A stretch of 33,671 nucleotides of DNA from Octopus sinensis (taxonomy: Eukaryota). The stretch spans positions 1 through 33,671 of the forward strand of contig NW_021832334.1 of assembly GCF_006345805.1 (NCBI RefSeq). The letters run 5' to 3'. Shown in pieces: positions 14,547 through 27,300 of the stretch (position 1 is the stretch's first letter; each line of letters opens with the position of its first letter). The notes beneath the pieces are model-generated. The model was not told where the DNA came from and searched no databases. It worked only from the letters and a program-made list of their open reading frames with translations. The translations under genes were made by a program, and so were the position numbers.

Positions 14547-15170
14547 CATCATCATTATTGTTATTGTTATTATTATTATTCTAAAATAGTGGCGGTGGTG
14601 ATGGAGGTGTTAGTGGTGGTGGTGGTGGTGGCATTTGTGGTAGTGATGGTAGTAGTGTTGTCGTTGTTGTTGGTGGTGGTAGTGATGGTGGTGTATTTCG
14701 TGAAAAGAAATCATCCTTATTAATATATTATTACGGCTGCTTCAGTTGTTGTTCATATTGATTCGGGTCACGCTCGATTAGGCACAAGATTGTTGTCATC
14801 ACCATCATCACCATTCTCGTCGTCATCGTCATTGTCGTCATCATCATCGTCATCACCGTGGTCATTTTCATCCTCCTCCTTCCCCTCATCATCATCATCA
14901 TCATAATCCCCACCATGAATTTCATCACCCCCCACCACCATTGTCTCAAATACTTATTCAAGTTTATTCCTACCGGATGTAACATCGTTGTTATTTCACC
15001 TTTGTTTCTGTTTCATTCAGAATCCTCCCCACCCTAAACCACCCTCACCCCACCCCAACCTCACCCCACCCCACCCCAACCTCACCCCACCCCACCCCAC
15101 CCCACCCCACCCCAACCTCACCCCACCCCACCCCACCCTTTATTACTTTTGTTGTTATGAACGGCATCCA

Positions 15171-15224
<54 letters not shown>

Positions 15225-15512
15225 TAACACCATTATCATTATTGTCGTCGTTGTTGTTGTTGTTTTAGTAGTATTAGTGTGTTTTTAATGTTGCTTCTGT
15301 AATGGTGGTGGTGTTGGTGGTCGTGGTGGGAACGGGGGACGGGGGGGGGGCTCCCTCTCGCTCTAATTATAAAAGAATTATCAAGTCACTTATTTTGGCT
15401 TGCATGCAAGCATGCTTGCTTGCTGGCAGGCAGGCAGGCAGGCAGGCAGGTAGGTAGGTAGGTAGGTAGATAGGTAGGTAGGTAGGTAGGTAGGTGGGTA
15501 GGTAAGCAGGTA
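14481..15512. repeat. Microsatellite cluster: (ATT)n, (GGT)n, (CAT)n, (CCCCA)-based 15025-15138, (GGCA)n(GGTA)n 15424-15512
   Basis: Visible directly. Confidence 0.93.
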
Positions 15513-16087
15513 GTTTCAAGGTGTTAAGGGTAGGTGTACAGGTGAGAGGTGTTGGTCTCTAGATGTCATGCTTAATCCGTCAATATAACGTGAGCAGCGG
15601 TTTTGGCGAGCACAATGGCCGCGGTGACAGTAGTAGCAGTAGTAGTAGTGGTAGTGGTGGTGGTGTGGATCGGTGTGTTGTGTGTGTGTGTGTGTGGTTG
15701 AGTGTCAGTGAGAGATATCACAATAGCGTATATTCGTGTAACATCGTCCGTTTTTCCGCCCTTGTTTTCGTATACATTCGAAGCTTTTTTCCAAGGAATC
15801 TAATGCTGTTAGCTTAGTTTTTCCTTGGGTCTGGCCAGATTGGAGCAATCTCAAGATTTATCAGCCGAAATTGCGAAGATGAACCGGTTCTTGACTGAAA
15901 ATTAAAGGCTTCGAATGACCCATCCGTGTTTTTTGTATTGTCTATCTGGATGTTTTGCATTCTTGTCCCATTTTGTATATTTTTATATATACCTATGTGC
16001 GCCTCGTTTATATGGGTGCTGCGTGTGTATATGTTTAAGTGGACGTGTGTGTATTTATGTATGTATGGTTTGTATCTATTTCTCTCA

Positions 16088-16137
<50 letters not shown>

Positions 16138-16696
16138 CTATCTACCTTTCTATCTCTAAACCTTTTATCACAAACCTAAATTAAATGTCCTTGTCAAGTC
16201 TCGCCAAAATGTTTGCCTTCTCTTTTCTACTTTAGGCTAAACGTGCCAACTCAAGGAGAAGCCACTTCCAGCCGCTTTGGATAAAGCAGTCACACACTTT
16301 CACCTTCAACTGCAGTTCAAAACGGAATTTTAGTGCTATACCTATTTCAGCACTCAAAGCGCATACCTATTAGTTTGAATATATCTGACGAAAACTCCTT
16401 GTATCTTATATGTGTATATGCGTGTGTATGCGTATGTATGCGTATGTATCCGTATGTGTGTGTGCATACATACATATCTGTATGCATATGTGTGTATGCA
16501 TGTATCTATACATATATATTAACTATCAAGAGGAAAAGGTAGGCAGTGACGAAGACGAGCAAATCGAGACTTCGAAGTCACTTTCAACTTCTCTCTGTAA
16601 AAGTTGACAATATATTCTCTCCAAAAACATTTGAGTAATCCTATGCTTCAATATTTTTGTATATAACTTCACACTAAAAGCAAAACATTAATAGAT

Positions 16697-16989
16697 ATGT
16701 ATGTGTGAATGTATGTATGTATGTATGTATGTGTGTGTGTATGTATGTATGTATGTATGTATGTATGTATGTATGTATGTATGTATGGATGTATGTATGA
16801 ATGTATGTATGTATGTATGTATGTATGTACGTATGTATGTATGTATGTATGTATGTATGTATGTATGTATGTATGTATGTATGTATGTATGTGTGTGCTT
16901 GTATGTGTGTGCGTGTATGTGTTTGCGTGTGTGTGTATATATATATGAATGTGGGCGTGTTTGTGTGTAACTTTCAAACATAGGTAGTA

Positions 16990-17031
<42 letters not shown>

Positions 17032-17400
17032 CGTTGCGGTGATAAGACCATAATAACGTTGTATGTTTATAAAAGTTTATCATATGTAAGTCCATCTCTG
17101 TCTACGTATGACGTGTATACACACTCACTCAAACACACACACACACACACATATATATACATATGCATACATGCACACATATATATGTGTATGCATATAA
17201 ATATATGTATATATATATGTATATATATATATATGTATATATATGTATTTATATATATATGTGTGTGTATATATATGCATATATTACATATATATGTATA
17301 TATATATGTATATATATATATAGATATATGTATATATATATATATTATATATATATATGTATATATATATTTTATATATATACGCACACACACAAATATA
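16697..17400. repeat. (TATG)n, (TAG)n and (TA)-rich arrays
   Basis: Visible directly. Confidence 0.95.
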
Positions 17401-18013
17401 CAAGTGTTTGATTTTGTGTATGAGTGTAAGTGTGTGTGACTGTGCGTAGGTGTGTGCGTGTGTGTGCATGGTTCAATAATTGACTTAGGTTATCGATTAT
17501 GTACACCTAAGGTTACTAGCACAAGCGACTTTATAGTCTCTTTTGTTTAGAATTTTTTTCTTGTTATTATTTCTTTTTTCTTTTTTTTTTTTGCTGTTTT
17601 CTTTCTCTTTTCGGCTGCATTCGTTTTGCTTATGTTTGCGTTTACCTTTGTGTTTATGGACTAAAGTCATTGTTTAGTTTTGTTGCATTTCTTTGTTTGT
17701 TTGTTTGTTTGTGTGGTGTGTTGTTGTTGTTGTTTGTTGGGGTGGGGTAGGGAGGTATTTTTCTTATTTTGTTTATATGTTCTTACATGCATATATACCG
17801 CCTCCTCCTCCCTATTCCAGCACCATCTATCTGCCCCAGGAAACAATAGCGTTAGATGTTAGCGTTTGGCCCTTCAATATCTGCATATATATCTATATAT
17901 CTATATCTATATATACATATATATCTATCTCTCTCTATATATATATATGTATATATATATTTGTAAATATATATACACACACATATATATATGCACATAT
18001 AATATATACATAT

Positions 18014-18552
18014 ATGTGTGTGTATGTGCAAATATATTCATAGACATACATTTATATATATGTATCTATCTATCTATCTATCTATCTATATATATATATA
18101 TATATACCATACACACATGCGCACACACCCACACAAGCAAACACGCACAAAACCTAAATATATATCAGTATATATGCATAATATATATATATATATCTAT
18201 TATATATATATATATATATTATATATACACACATACATACACAAACCTATATACATATAGGTATTCATATATGAATACGTACGTATATATCTACAAGCAG
18301 TAAATATTGTGGCAAATATTGTGGGTTTTTCCGTGACACCCGTAACTATGTACACAATATCATAATACGCACATAACAAGAAGAAAGGCACTGACAATGA
18401 TAATAATTGTAATGATGTCATTGACAATAATACATGTATATACATGCGCGCACTCACCTATGCATAAACCATGCATGATATGGATATATATAATATATAT
18501 ATTATATACATGTATACATACAAACACGAATGCATTCATACATACAACATAT

Positions 18553-18583
<31 letters not shown>

Positions 18584-18722
18584 GTATATATATGTATATA
18601 TGTATATATATATATATATATACGTATATATATGTATATATATACATATATGTGTGTGATGTGCAAATATATATTCATAGACAGACATTATATATATGTA
18701 TCTATCTATCTATCTATCTATC

Positions 18723-18755
<33 letters not shown>

Positions 18756-19140
18756 ATACATACACACATGCGCACACACCCACACAAGCAAACAACGCAC
18801 AAACACCTAAATATATATCAGTATATATGCATAATATATATATATATATCTATTATATATATATATATATATTATATATACACACATACATACACAAACC
18901 TATATACATATAGGTATTCATATAGAATACGTACGTATATATCTAAAGCAGTAAATATTGTGGCAAATATTGTGGGTTTTTTCGTGACACCCGTAACTAT
19001 GTACACAAATATCATAATACGCACATAACAAGAAGAAAGGCACTGACAATGATAATAATTGTAATGATGTCATTGACAATAATACATGTATATATACATG
19101 CGCGCACTCACCTATGCATAAAACATGCATGGATATGGAT

Positions 19141-19172
<32 letters not shown>

Positions 19173-19215
19173 ACATACAAACACGAATGCATTCATACAT
19201 AAACCACCTATATAT
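18014..19215. repeat. Tandem duplication of a ~640-655 bp segment
   Basis: Unique anchors such as aagaaaggcactgacaatg occur at 18381 and 19033 (offset 652); the copies differ mostly by small indels. Confidence 0.92.
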
Positions 19216-19459
19216 ATATATATATATATGTATGTATATATATGGATATATATGGATATATGTATATATATATAGAAATATATCGTAGATATATATGTAT
19301 ATATAGACATATATAGTATATATATATATATATAAAGTATATATATATATATATTATATATATATTATATATATATATATAAAAATATATAGATATATAT
19401 ATATATATATAATATATATATATGTGGAATTGCATAGATACATGATTATAGATACATAC

Positions 19460-19508
<49 letters not shown>

Positions 19509-20176
19509 GTGTGTATATATATATATATTATATATATATTGGTATTAAATGCTTCTCTCTTCACCAGATCGTTTTGCATTATTAATGGAATCGAATCGTC
19601 TCTAATTCAGGAAAATGTTGATATTTCAAAGAAAGTTCAAATATTTTCTCACAATAAAAGATATTCCATAGAAACGCTTTCTCTCCCGTTCAGTTGCTAA
19701 ATGCGTTGCAAATGTGGTGTCGGATCTCCGTCGTTTTCACGATTAGTTTTCAAGTGTTCGACCAATTAAATTATCTGCTCCTGTAATAACATACAGATGG
19801 CTGAATATACCTGAACGCTATTCTAAGCAAGAGTCAGACACCGTCGGTGACAAAGCTGTATCTTTTGAACAGCAAATATAACCCACCCAATGGGTTTCTA
19901 TACCGATTTCGTCAACCAAATTTCACTCTTAAATATAAGGAACTTCAGACTATGGAAATGACATCCTTCAAACGATGCCGCGTTGTGTATGCGAACTCAG
20001 GAACAGATGGTTGCATCGGACAAGTAGTTTTTAGGGGAGTGTGTTAGCTCGCTTATATCGACCCCAGTATTTCACTGGTACTCGTGCCAGGTTGCACCTA
20101 CAACTTCCCGTAATGAGTGCAGTGGAAACACGTGTAGGGCATAAAAACCATAGTAATATGCCGGAAAAATTGTAAA

Positions 20177-20319
20177 ATTATTTACATTATTTACATTTGA
20201 CGGATATTTGTCCTCATCTTGTTTGTTGTTAACACGTTTCGGCTGATATACCTTCCAGCCTTCATCAGGTGTCTTGGGGAAATTTCGAACCTCGATTCTC
20301 ATTCCTAAGGTATTTTCGA

Positions 20320-20363
<44 letters not shown>

Positions 20364-20428
20364 TATTATTATTATTCAGATCACTGCTTGGAATCGAACT
20401 CGGAATCTTGGGTTTAGTATCCAGCGCT
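20177..20428 (-). mobile_element. tRNA-headed SINE-like element with internal (AAT)n and a hammerhead-like 3' module
   Basis: Minus strand: B-box GAGTTCGATTCC (20390-20401), (AAT)n, GGTTCGAAATT, then CTGATGA..GAAAC and a repeated aatgtaaat tail. A box not present. Confidence 0.65.
20231..20273 (-). ncRNA. Penelope-type minimal hammerhead-like motif (probably defective in this copy)
   Basis: GACAC CUGAUGA A GGCUG gaagguauau CAGCC GAAAC GUGUU: both core boxes, a 5-bp stem II and a possible stem I, but no room for the GUH triplet. Confidence 0.6.
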
Positions 20429-20507
20429 ATATCGTTATAATTATTGCTAACATATATATGTATGTGTGTATATATAGATAGGTGAGTTGAGGAGTGTGTA
20501 TATATAT

Positions 20508-20562
<55 letters not shown>

Positions 20563-20569
20563 ATATATG

Positions 20570-21140
<571 letters not shown>

Positions 21141-21795
21141 TCATCTCCCCATTCTCCGACTCCCCAAATGAGTCATGCCGTGTGTCTCCTATGTCCGCTG
21201 CATCAACATCTGCTGTTCATGTAAACCAACACCAGTTGTAACGAGAGTGTCCGCATCTAACATGTCTTCGATGGTGGTGGCGGAGGCAGTGGTTGCCGTG
21301 GTGGTGATGGCCGTGGTGGGGATGGCCGTATTGGCTTAAATACGCCGGATGTATTGCCGAGGTTGACACAATGGATTATCAATAGAAAATTGAGTGTTAA
21401 AATATTTAATGTAGGACCTATTAAATAATTCTGTGAGTAGATATGTCGGATAAACGGTGGCTAAATGGTTGTCAGACATATTTAATGCATGTGATAGAAG
21501 AGAAAAGAGCTTAAAAAGGAAATATGATATGCAGGGAGAGAAATATCAGTTGATGGTTGGTATTAATTAATTTGTGGCGTTTTATTTTCCAAACAAACAA
21601 GGGAACAAACCGTGGGTTTGTTTTTGCCTCATTGGTCGTCATCAGCTGACGTTTAACATCAGAGCAGGAAAGTTGGGAGGGGGATAGGAAGTGTAATATG
21701 GTAATAAGAATAATATTTGTATAATATGTATAAATAAATAGAATTTCGTAAGGTAACAGAATGATAAACTGGTAGAGAAAGAGAGAAGAAAGTAA

Positions 21796-21832
<37 letters not shown>

Positions 21833-21897
21833 GCAGAAATAAAAGGAAAGAGAATGTCGGAGAAAAAAGAGAGAAGGAAATAAATAAATAAATAAAG

Positions 21898-21930
<33 letters not shown>

Positions 21931-22004
21931 ACGAAAGCAAGAGAGAGAGAGAGAAAAAGAAATTGAAGGGGAGGATAAGAGGGCGGGTAGAGGGTGGTCA
22001 GGGT

Positions 22005-22290
22005 ATCACGTGATCGACCAGACTATCTGACGTTGTTACACATCGCTGGTCACAATGTACTTTGTATTGTTTTAGCCTTCAAATGACGCCATCCCACTGG
22101 CCAGGCGAGCGGGCCAACATTCCTCCCGATCGGAAGACTTGTCCGTCATGGGTTTCCCGTTTACGGTTGAATTATGATGTCACTGACCCTGAAAGGACGA
22201 AAGGCAAAGTTTACCTCAGTGGCGTTTAACATCAGAACATAATGAATCGAAAGACAGTTTGTCCGATGATCGAACAATTCTGCCAAACCA
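22005..22290 (-). mobile_element. Degenerate main-SINE head and core joined to a third tail type (tail C)
   Basis: Minus strand tggcagaattgtt...gaggtaaactttgcctttcgtcctttcagggtc continues into aatgttggcccgctcgcc...gatagtctggtcgatcacgtgat instead of tail A or B. Confidence 0.55.
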
Positions 22291-22296
22291 GTGTCC

Positions 22297-22485
22297 AGTC
22301 CTTATTGCTTTGCGGTGCCTTGTACGCTTCAATGACCCTGAGAATTAGGCAGGTGGTGTACAAGATCCTGGAATAGTCTCATGTTGGACAGATCAAAGGA
22401 TTGAGGCCAGACTAATATTGACCACCTCTTCCCGGATGCAAAAATGGGTTTGCGTAGGGCCAAGGTCTTCTTGTAAGAAAAAAAA
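22297..22485 (+). mobile_element. RTE-clade 5' UTR-like segment
   Basis: cttgtacgcttcaatgaccctgaga...catgttggacagatcaaagg..gaggccagacta...gggtttgcgtagggc...gtaagaaaa resembles the RTE/BovB-type 5' UTR as I recall it; not searched. Confidence 0.45.
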
Positions 22486-22770
22486 GGCAAAGCTACAAAA
22501 GCATTGATGGCAATGTTGTTCTTTGAGACATAGGGAGCGAAGAGCTTGAGTGATGAATGACTAAAGATTAATAAGAGTGAAGAAGATGAGAGCAGAATAA
22601 CAGGGAGAAGGATAAATAAGGTGAGCGGTTAAAGTTTGGATTGCAAGTGAGTAGAATATGGATTGGAGCATGAAATATGATTTAGGTTAAAGAATGAATG
22701 ATTGCAAGAGAATACACAACATAAGGATTTAGGTATGATTTGAGTGAGAATTGGAAGATACTTAACATAC

Positions 22771-23168
22771 TTTTCTTTTCTACTCTAAATACAAGGCCCG
22801 AAATCTTTGAAGAGGTTGATTAGATCGATCCCAGTACGCAACTTGTACTAATTTTTCGACCCCGAAAGGATGAAAGTCAAAGTCGACCTCGGAGGAATTT
22901 GAACTCAGAACGTAAAGACAAACGAAATAACTATTTCTATTTCTTTACTACCCACAAGGGGCTAAACACAGAGGGGCCAAACAAGAACAGACTAACGGAT
23001 TAAGTCGATTATATCGATCCCAGTGCGTAACTGGTACTTATTTAATCGACCCTGAAAGGATGAAAGGCAAAGTCGACCTCGGCGGAATTTGAACTTAGAA
23101 CGTAACGGCAGACGAAATACCGCTAGGCATTTCGCCCGGCGTGCTAACGATTCTGCCAGCTCGTCGCC
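22771..23168 (-). mobile_element. Main SINE, dimer (tail A then tail B)
   Basis: Reverse complement matches 28075-28493; 5' end GGCGACGAGCTGGCAGAATCG. Confidence 0.92.
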
Positions 23169-23184
23169 TTAAAATGTATTTTAT

Positions 23185-23348
23185 ATCAAAAATACTTATT
23201 AGAATGTTGATAATGAAATTCCAATGAAGAAGACTTGGGTATCGATTCGAACCAGTACTTTCTTTGTTGACAAGAAATCTAGAATTAAGACTAAATAACA
23301 TGCATACATACATACGTACGTACGTACGTACATACATACATACATACA

Positions 23349-23382
<34 letters not shown>

Positions 23383-23530
23383 CGTACATACATACATACA
23401 CACATACACACACACATACATACATAATACATACATATATACATACATACATACATACACACATACATACACACATACATACATACATACATACACACAT
23501 ACACACATACATACATACATACATACATAC
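23185..23530 (+). mobile_element. Second copy of the (CATA)n-tailed 3' end
   Basis: Homologous to 4181-4290 and followed by (CATA)n. Confidence 0.6.
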
Positions 23531-23869
23531 AAAAACTAGGATTTTCGAGCAAAGAAAGGAAGAGGTTAACATGCACGCCATCTACGCAATATGTAAGGGG
23601 AAGAATAAAAATATACAAGTCTTCTCAAAGTGTGATATGTATCAATTATCACCGTTGTAAACCAAGTTCCTGTGATGGAGTTTTGTTCCTTTGTTGGAAA
23701 CCATCTCTCTCTTTTTCGGAGGAAGTGTAATAAATAAAAAAACACAAACGCATACATAGATACATGTGTGGAGGGGGGTCGGGTTGCGTGCTTGCGGTGT
23801 TTGTGAGTGTATAGATATGTATACACACCCTCTGCACCCTCCACACATACATGTATATGATGTATATAT

Positions 23870-23965
23870 AAATATATACATACATATATATATATATATA
23901 TACATACATATATATGTGTACATATACATGCATATATATATGACTGATAGAAGAATAGGTAGATA

Positions 23966-24030
<65 letters not shown>

Positions 24031-24220
24031 GATATATGTATATATATGTATATTATATATATAACTTATATATATATAGTATATAGATTATATAATATAT
24101 ATATATATACATATACATATATACATATATACATATAAAACATATATATAGATAATTATTTTCTATGGAATCTTATACAATCTTTTATTGTGTTTCTCTG
24201 CTTCTTCCACGGTTTCGTCG

Positions 24221-24267
<47 letters not shown>

Positions 24268-24899
24268 TATTATTATTGTTTTATTGTTCGATTTACTTTT
24301 GAGCTCATTCAGTTTTTGTGAAAGCAGCAACTCCACATGTAGCGGAGCGAGAAGTGAGAACGGTAAGGTCAATTTTTTTTCCTGTCCTCCCTTAGGAATC
24401 GATCCATCAAATCATGATGATTCTAACAATAGATCAGCCTCTACTGTCCATTGATATCATTCTGACATTGTATATGCACACGCTTGCGTACAAATACATA
24501 CACACAAACACAAACTCACATATGTCTGTTTGAGTATATATGTTCGTAAGTATATGTGTGTGAACATATATGTGTGTGTGTATATATATATATATATATG
24601 TGTGTGTTTATATGTATTTGTATTGTATAAATATATATGTGTGTGTATCTCTATGCATGTATATAATATATATATATATACATATATATAGTTAATATGC
24701 ATATATATATATATATATTATACATATACATACATATATATATATATATAGATATATATATATATACACACTCATACGCATCCATCCATATATATATATA
24801 TATATATATAAGTTATATATTTATATGTATGGATGCGTATGAGTGGTATATATTATTATATATATATATATGCATATATAATATATATATATATATACC

Positions 24900-24931
<32 letters not shown>

Positions 24932-25093
24932 TATGTGAGTGTGTGTTATATTTATATGTACATTCACACTTTATTATACTTACGTGAATACACACACACA
25001 CACATATATATGTTCGTATTCATATGTATGCTTTCATAAACAGGTACTATATACATACATATGCGTGGTCATATCTACGTGTGTCTGCTTATC

Positions 25094-25127
<34 letters not shown>

Positions 25128-25340
25128 TGTATGTATGTATGTATGTATGTATGTATCTATCTATCTATCTCTATCTTTATCTCTCTCTCTCTTTGTGTGT
25201 ATATATGTATATATACATACACACACATATATATATACATACATACATGCATACATGCATGTATATGTTTATTTATAACTATATGCATATCCTTAATGTG
25301 TACATTGTGATATTATAATATATATATATATATCCATATG
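23870..25340. repeat. TA/CA/TATG/ATT-rich microsatellite block with short unique islands
   Basis: Visible directly. Confidence 0.9.
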
Positions 25341-25869
25341 TATGTATATCTGGTTGTATGTTTAATTACACGCCCAAACGCACTCCCATACAAGCACCCA
25401 TTCACAACACAAACACATACATATATACCCACATCCACACGCTCATATACATATAGACGCATATACAATGTAGTTCAATGCTTATGTAAGCAAGAATACT
25501 TTTTAATCTATAGAAATTTGTATCTCAAAGAATTTACGCTCCGCTTCTAACAACAGCAACAACAGCAGCAACAACAACAAGACCCTACCTACACGTTCAT
25601 ATATGTGCTCTTACGTGTATATATAACCGCGTGCATGTGTGTGTGTGTTTGTGTGTCTGTGTACATGCTGTGAAACACCTTTTATTGTCCGGCACTGAGT
25701 TTTCATTCGATTAAAAGATTTCTACAAATAAAACACGGACCGCATTTAGCGATGTTTTTCTCACAAAACCAGGGAAATATATCGACGTGACGCTTCATTT
25801 GGCTTTCAGAGTCTCCCCTGTTGGCTGAAATCATTGTAGCGGTCTCCATCTGCTGCTTCTAAACGCTAG

Positions 25870-26260
25870 ATATAGCAACCAAATTTTGTCTCAGTGAAAT
25901 AACGCTCAGATATCTTAAACCAGAAAACCACATTTAGAGAAAGTAGTCGGGGAAACTTAAGTTCTTTCTCAGTCAAATCTTGAAGCGAGCCAAAGTATAG
26001 TGACTGCGCCAAGGGACTTATCGTTATCGAAGGGTGAGAGCTGGTATAGATATAGTATGTCATCTATATAGGTTCTACAATGATTGTGAGCACGACGGCC
26101 ATGCTGGATCACTGCTTTCAATGGCTGCCTTCTGTTTCATTATGTGTTTTATGAACTTTTATTCCGCACAGGAAGTTGAGAACTTGGTTAGTCATAAGGG
26201 GAGACAGCCGAGGTCTATCGAAGTATCATCAGATATTTTAGCTTCACGTACTAATTTGAC
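25870..26260 (-). mobile_element. Decayed Penelope-like reverse transcriptase fragment
   Basis: Across frames: KLVREAKISDDTSIDLGC / SPLMTNQVL / E*KFIKHIMKQK / HNHCRTYIDDILYL (YIDD at 26059-26070) / DLTEKELKF..FKISERYFTETK. The order follows the PLE RT pattern GxxMG..C.PL.AN.FL..E..FI..RYIDD..IYP.EL..F.TK. Confidence 0.55.
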
Positions 26261-26348
26261 GCCACCTCACGCCGATACCACAGAGACACATACTCGTAAA
26301 TGTACGCATGCATGTGTGTGTGTGTATGTATGTATATATGTATGCATA

Positions 26349-26577
26349 TATTTCTTTACTATCCACAAGGGGCTAAACATAGAGGGGGCAAACAAAGACA
26401 GACAAAGGGATTAAGTCGATTACATCGACCCCAGTGCGAAACTGGTACTTTATTTATCGACCCCGAAAGGATGAAAGGCAACGTCTACCTCGGCGGAATT
26501 TGAACTCAGAACGTAACGTCAGACGAAATATCGCTAAGCATTTCGCCCGGCGCGCTAACGTTTCTGCCAGCTCGCCG
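26349..26577 (-). mobile_element. Main SINE, monomer with tail A
   Basis: Full head, core and tail A, ending aaagaaata. Confidence 0.93.
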
Positions 26578-26793
26578 TATATATGTATGTATTGTAAGAA
26601 CAGAGATTCAAAGAACGTAACAGAACTCACATTAATGTCTCTGCCAAGTTTATGGTTAACAAAGAAGACCCTGCTTAAGGTTAGGATAAACCTTAGTTCC
26701 GAAAATCCAGGAATTACAATAGCGGAGAGTAAGTATATAAATTGAACAGTTAACAAACGTGAAGTGAGAAAATAGATGTTTACCCTATTAGTT

Positions 26794-26916
26794 TACAGCT
26801 GTTTCATAATCATATTAATTATAAAAGTCGATTTCGTTGGCCTGCAGTTGAGTTTAATTGCTCTTGCAGAATAAAGATATTCTGTAATAGAAGACATGGT
26901 TCACATCCTCAGACAC
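26794..26916 (-). ncRNA. Degenerate hammerhead-like motif with long stem II region
   Basis: CUGAGGA (26906-26912) ... GAAAC AGCU GU A, with palindromic ACAGCUGU stem III and an internal 10-bp hairpin at 26864-26887; stems I and II pair poorly. Confidence 0.4.
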
Positions 26917-27003
26917 GAGTTCTATTGCTCGGTTTATAAAATATATTGACTGATACCTTTAAATTTAATGAAAAAAATTGAGATAGAACGATATTTGTAT
27001 GAT

Positions 27004-27300
27004 TTTGAAGGATATAAGCTTCACAGAAATTTTAAAGTGTATTAAGAGCCGAAGGTGTATTTTGAAGAATATAAGCGATTGAAGAGAAATTTTTAAGAAT
27101 ATAAGCGAATGAAAAGAAATTTTGAAGAATATAAGCGATTGAAAAGAAATTTTGAAGAATATAAGCGATTGAAAAGAAATTTTGAAGAATATAAGCGATT
27201 GAAAAGAAATTTTGAAGAGCATAAGCCGTCGAACGGAAATTTTGAAGGATATAAGCTGCTAAAGGCAATTTTTGAAGTGTGTAACCGGTTCTGAGGAAAT
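27004..27300. repeat. 30-bp minisatellite, about 10 units
   Basis: Unit tttgaagaatataagcgattgaaaagaaat is identical at 27121, 27151 and 27181 and diverges toward both ends. Confidence 0.95.

Noticed and set aside
16212-16240. Strong splice acceptor (pyrimidine tract plus AG)
   Set aside because: It also matches the reverse complement of SINE tail B (cttttctact.tagg), and no convincing exon or donor follows.
27004-27300. CRISPR-like periodicity of ~30 bp
   Set aside because: Units are contiguous with no unique spacers, there are no cas genes, and the context is eukaryotic.
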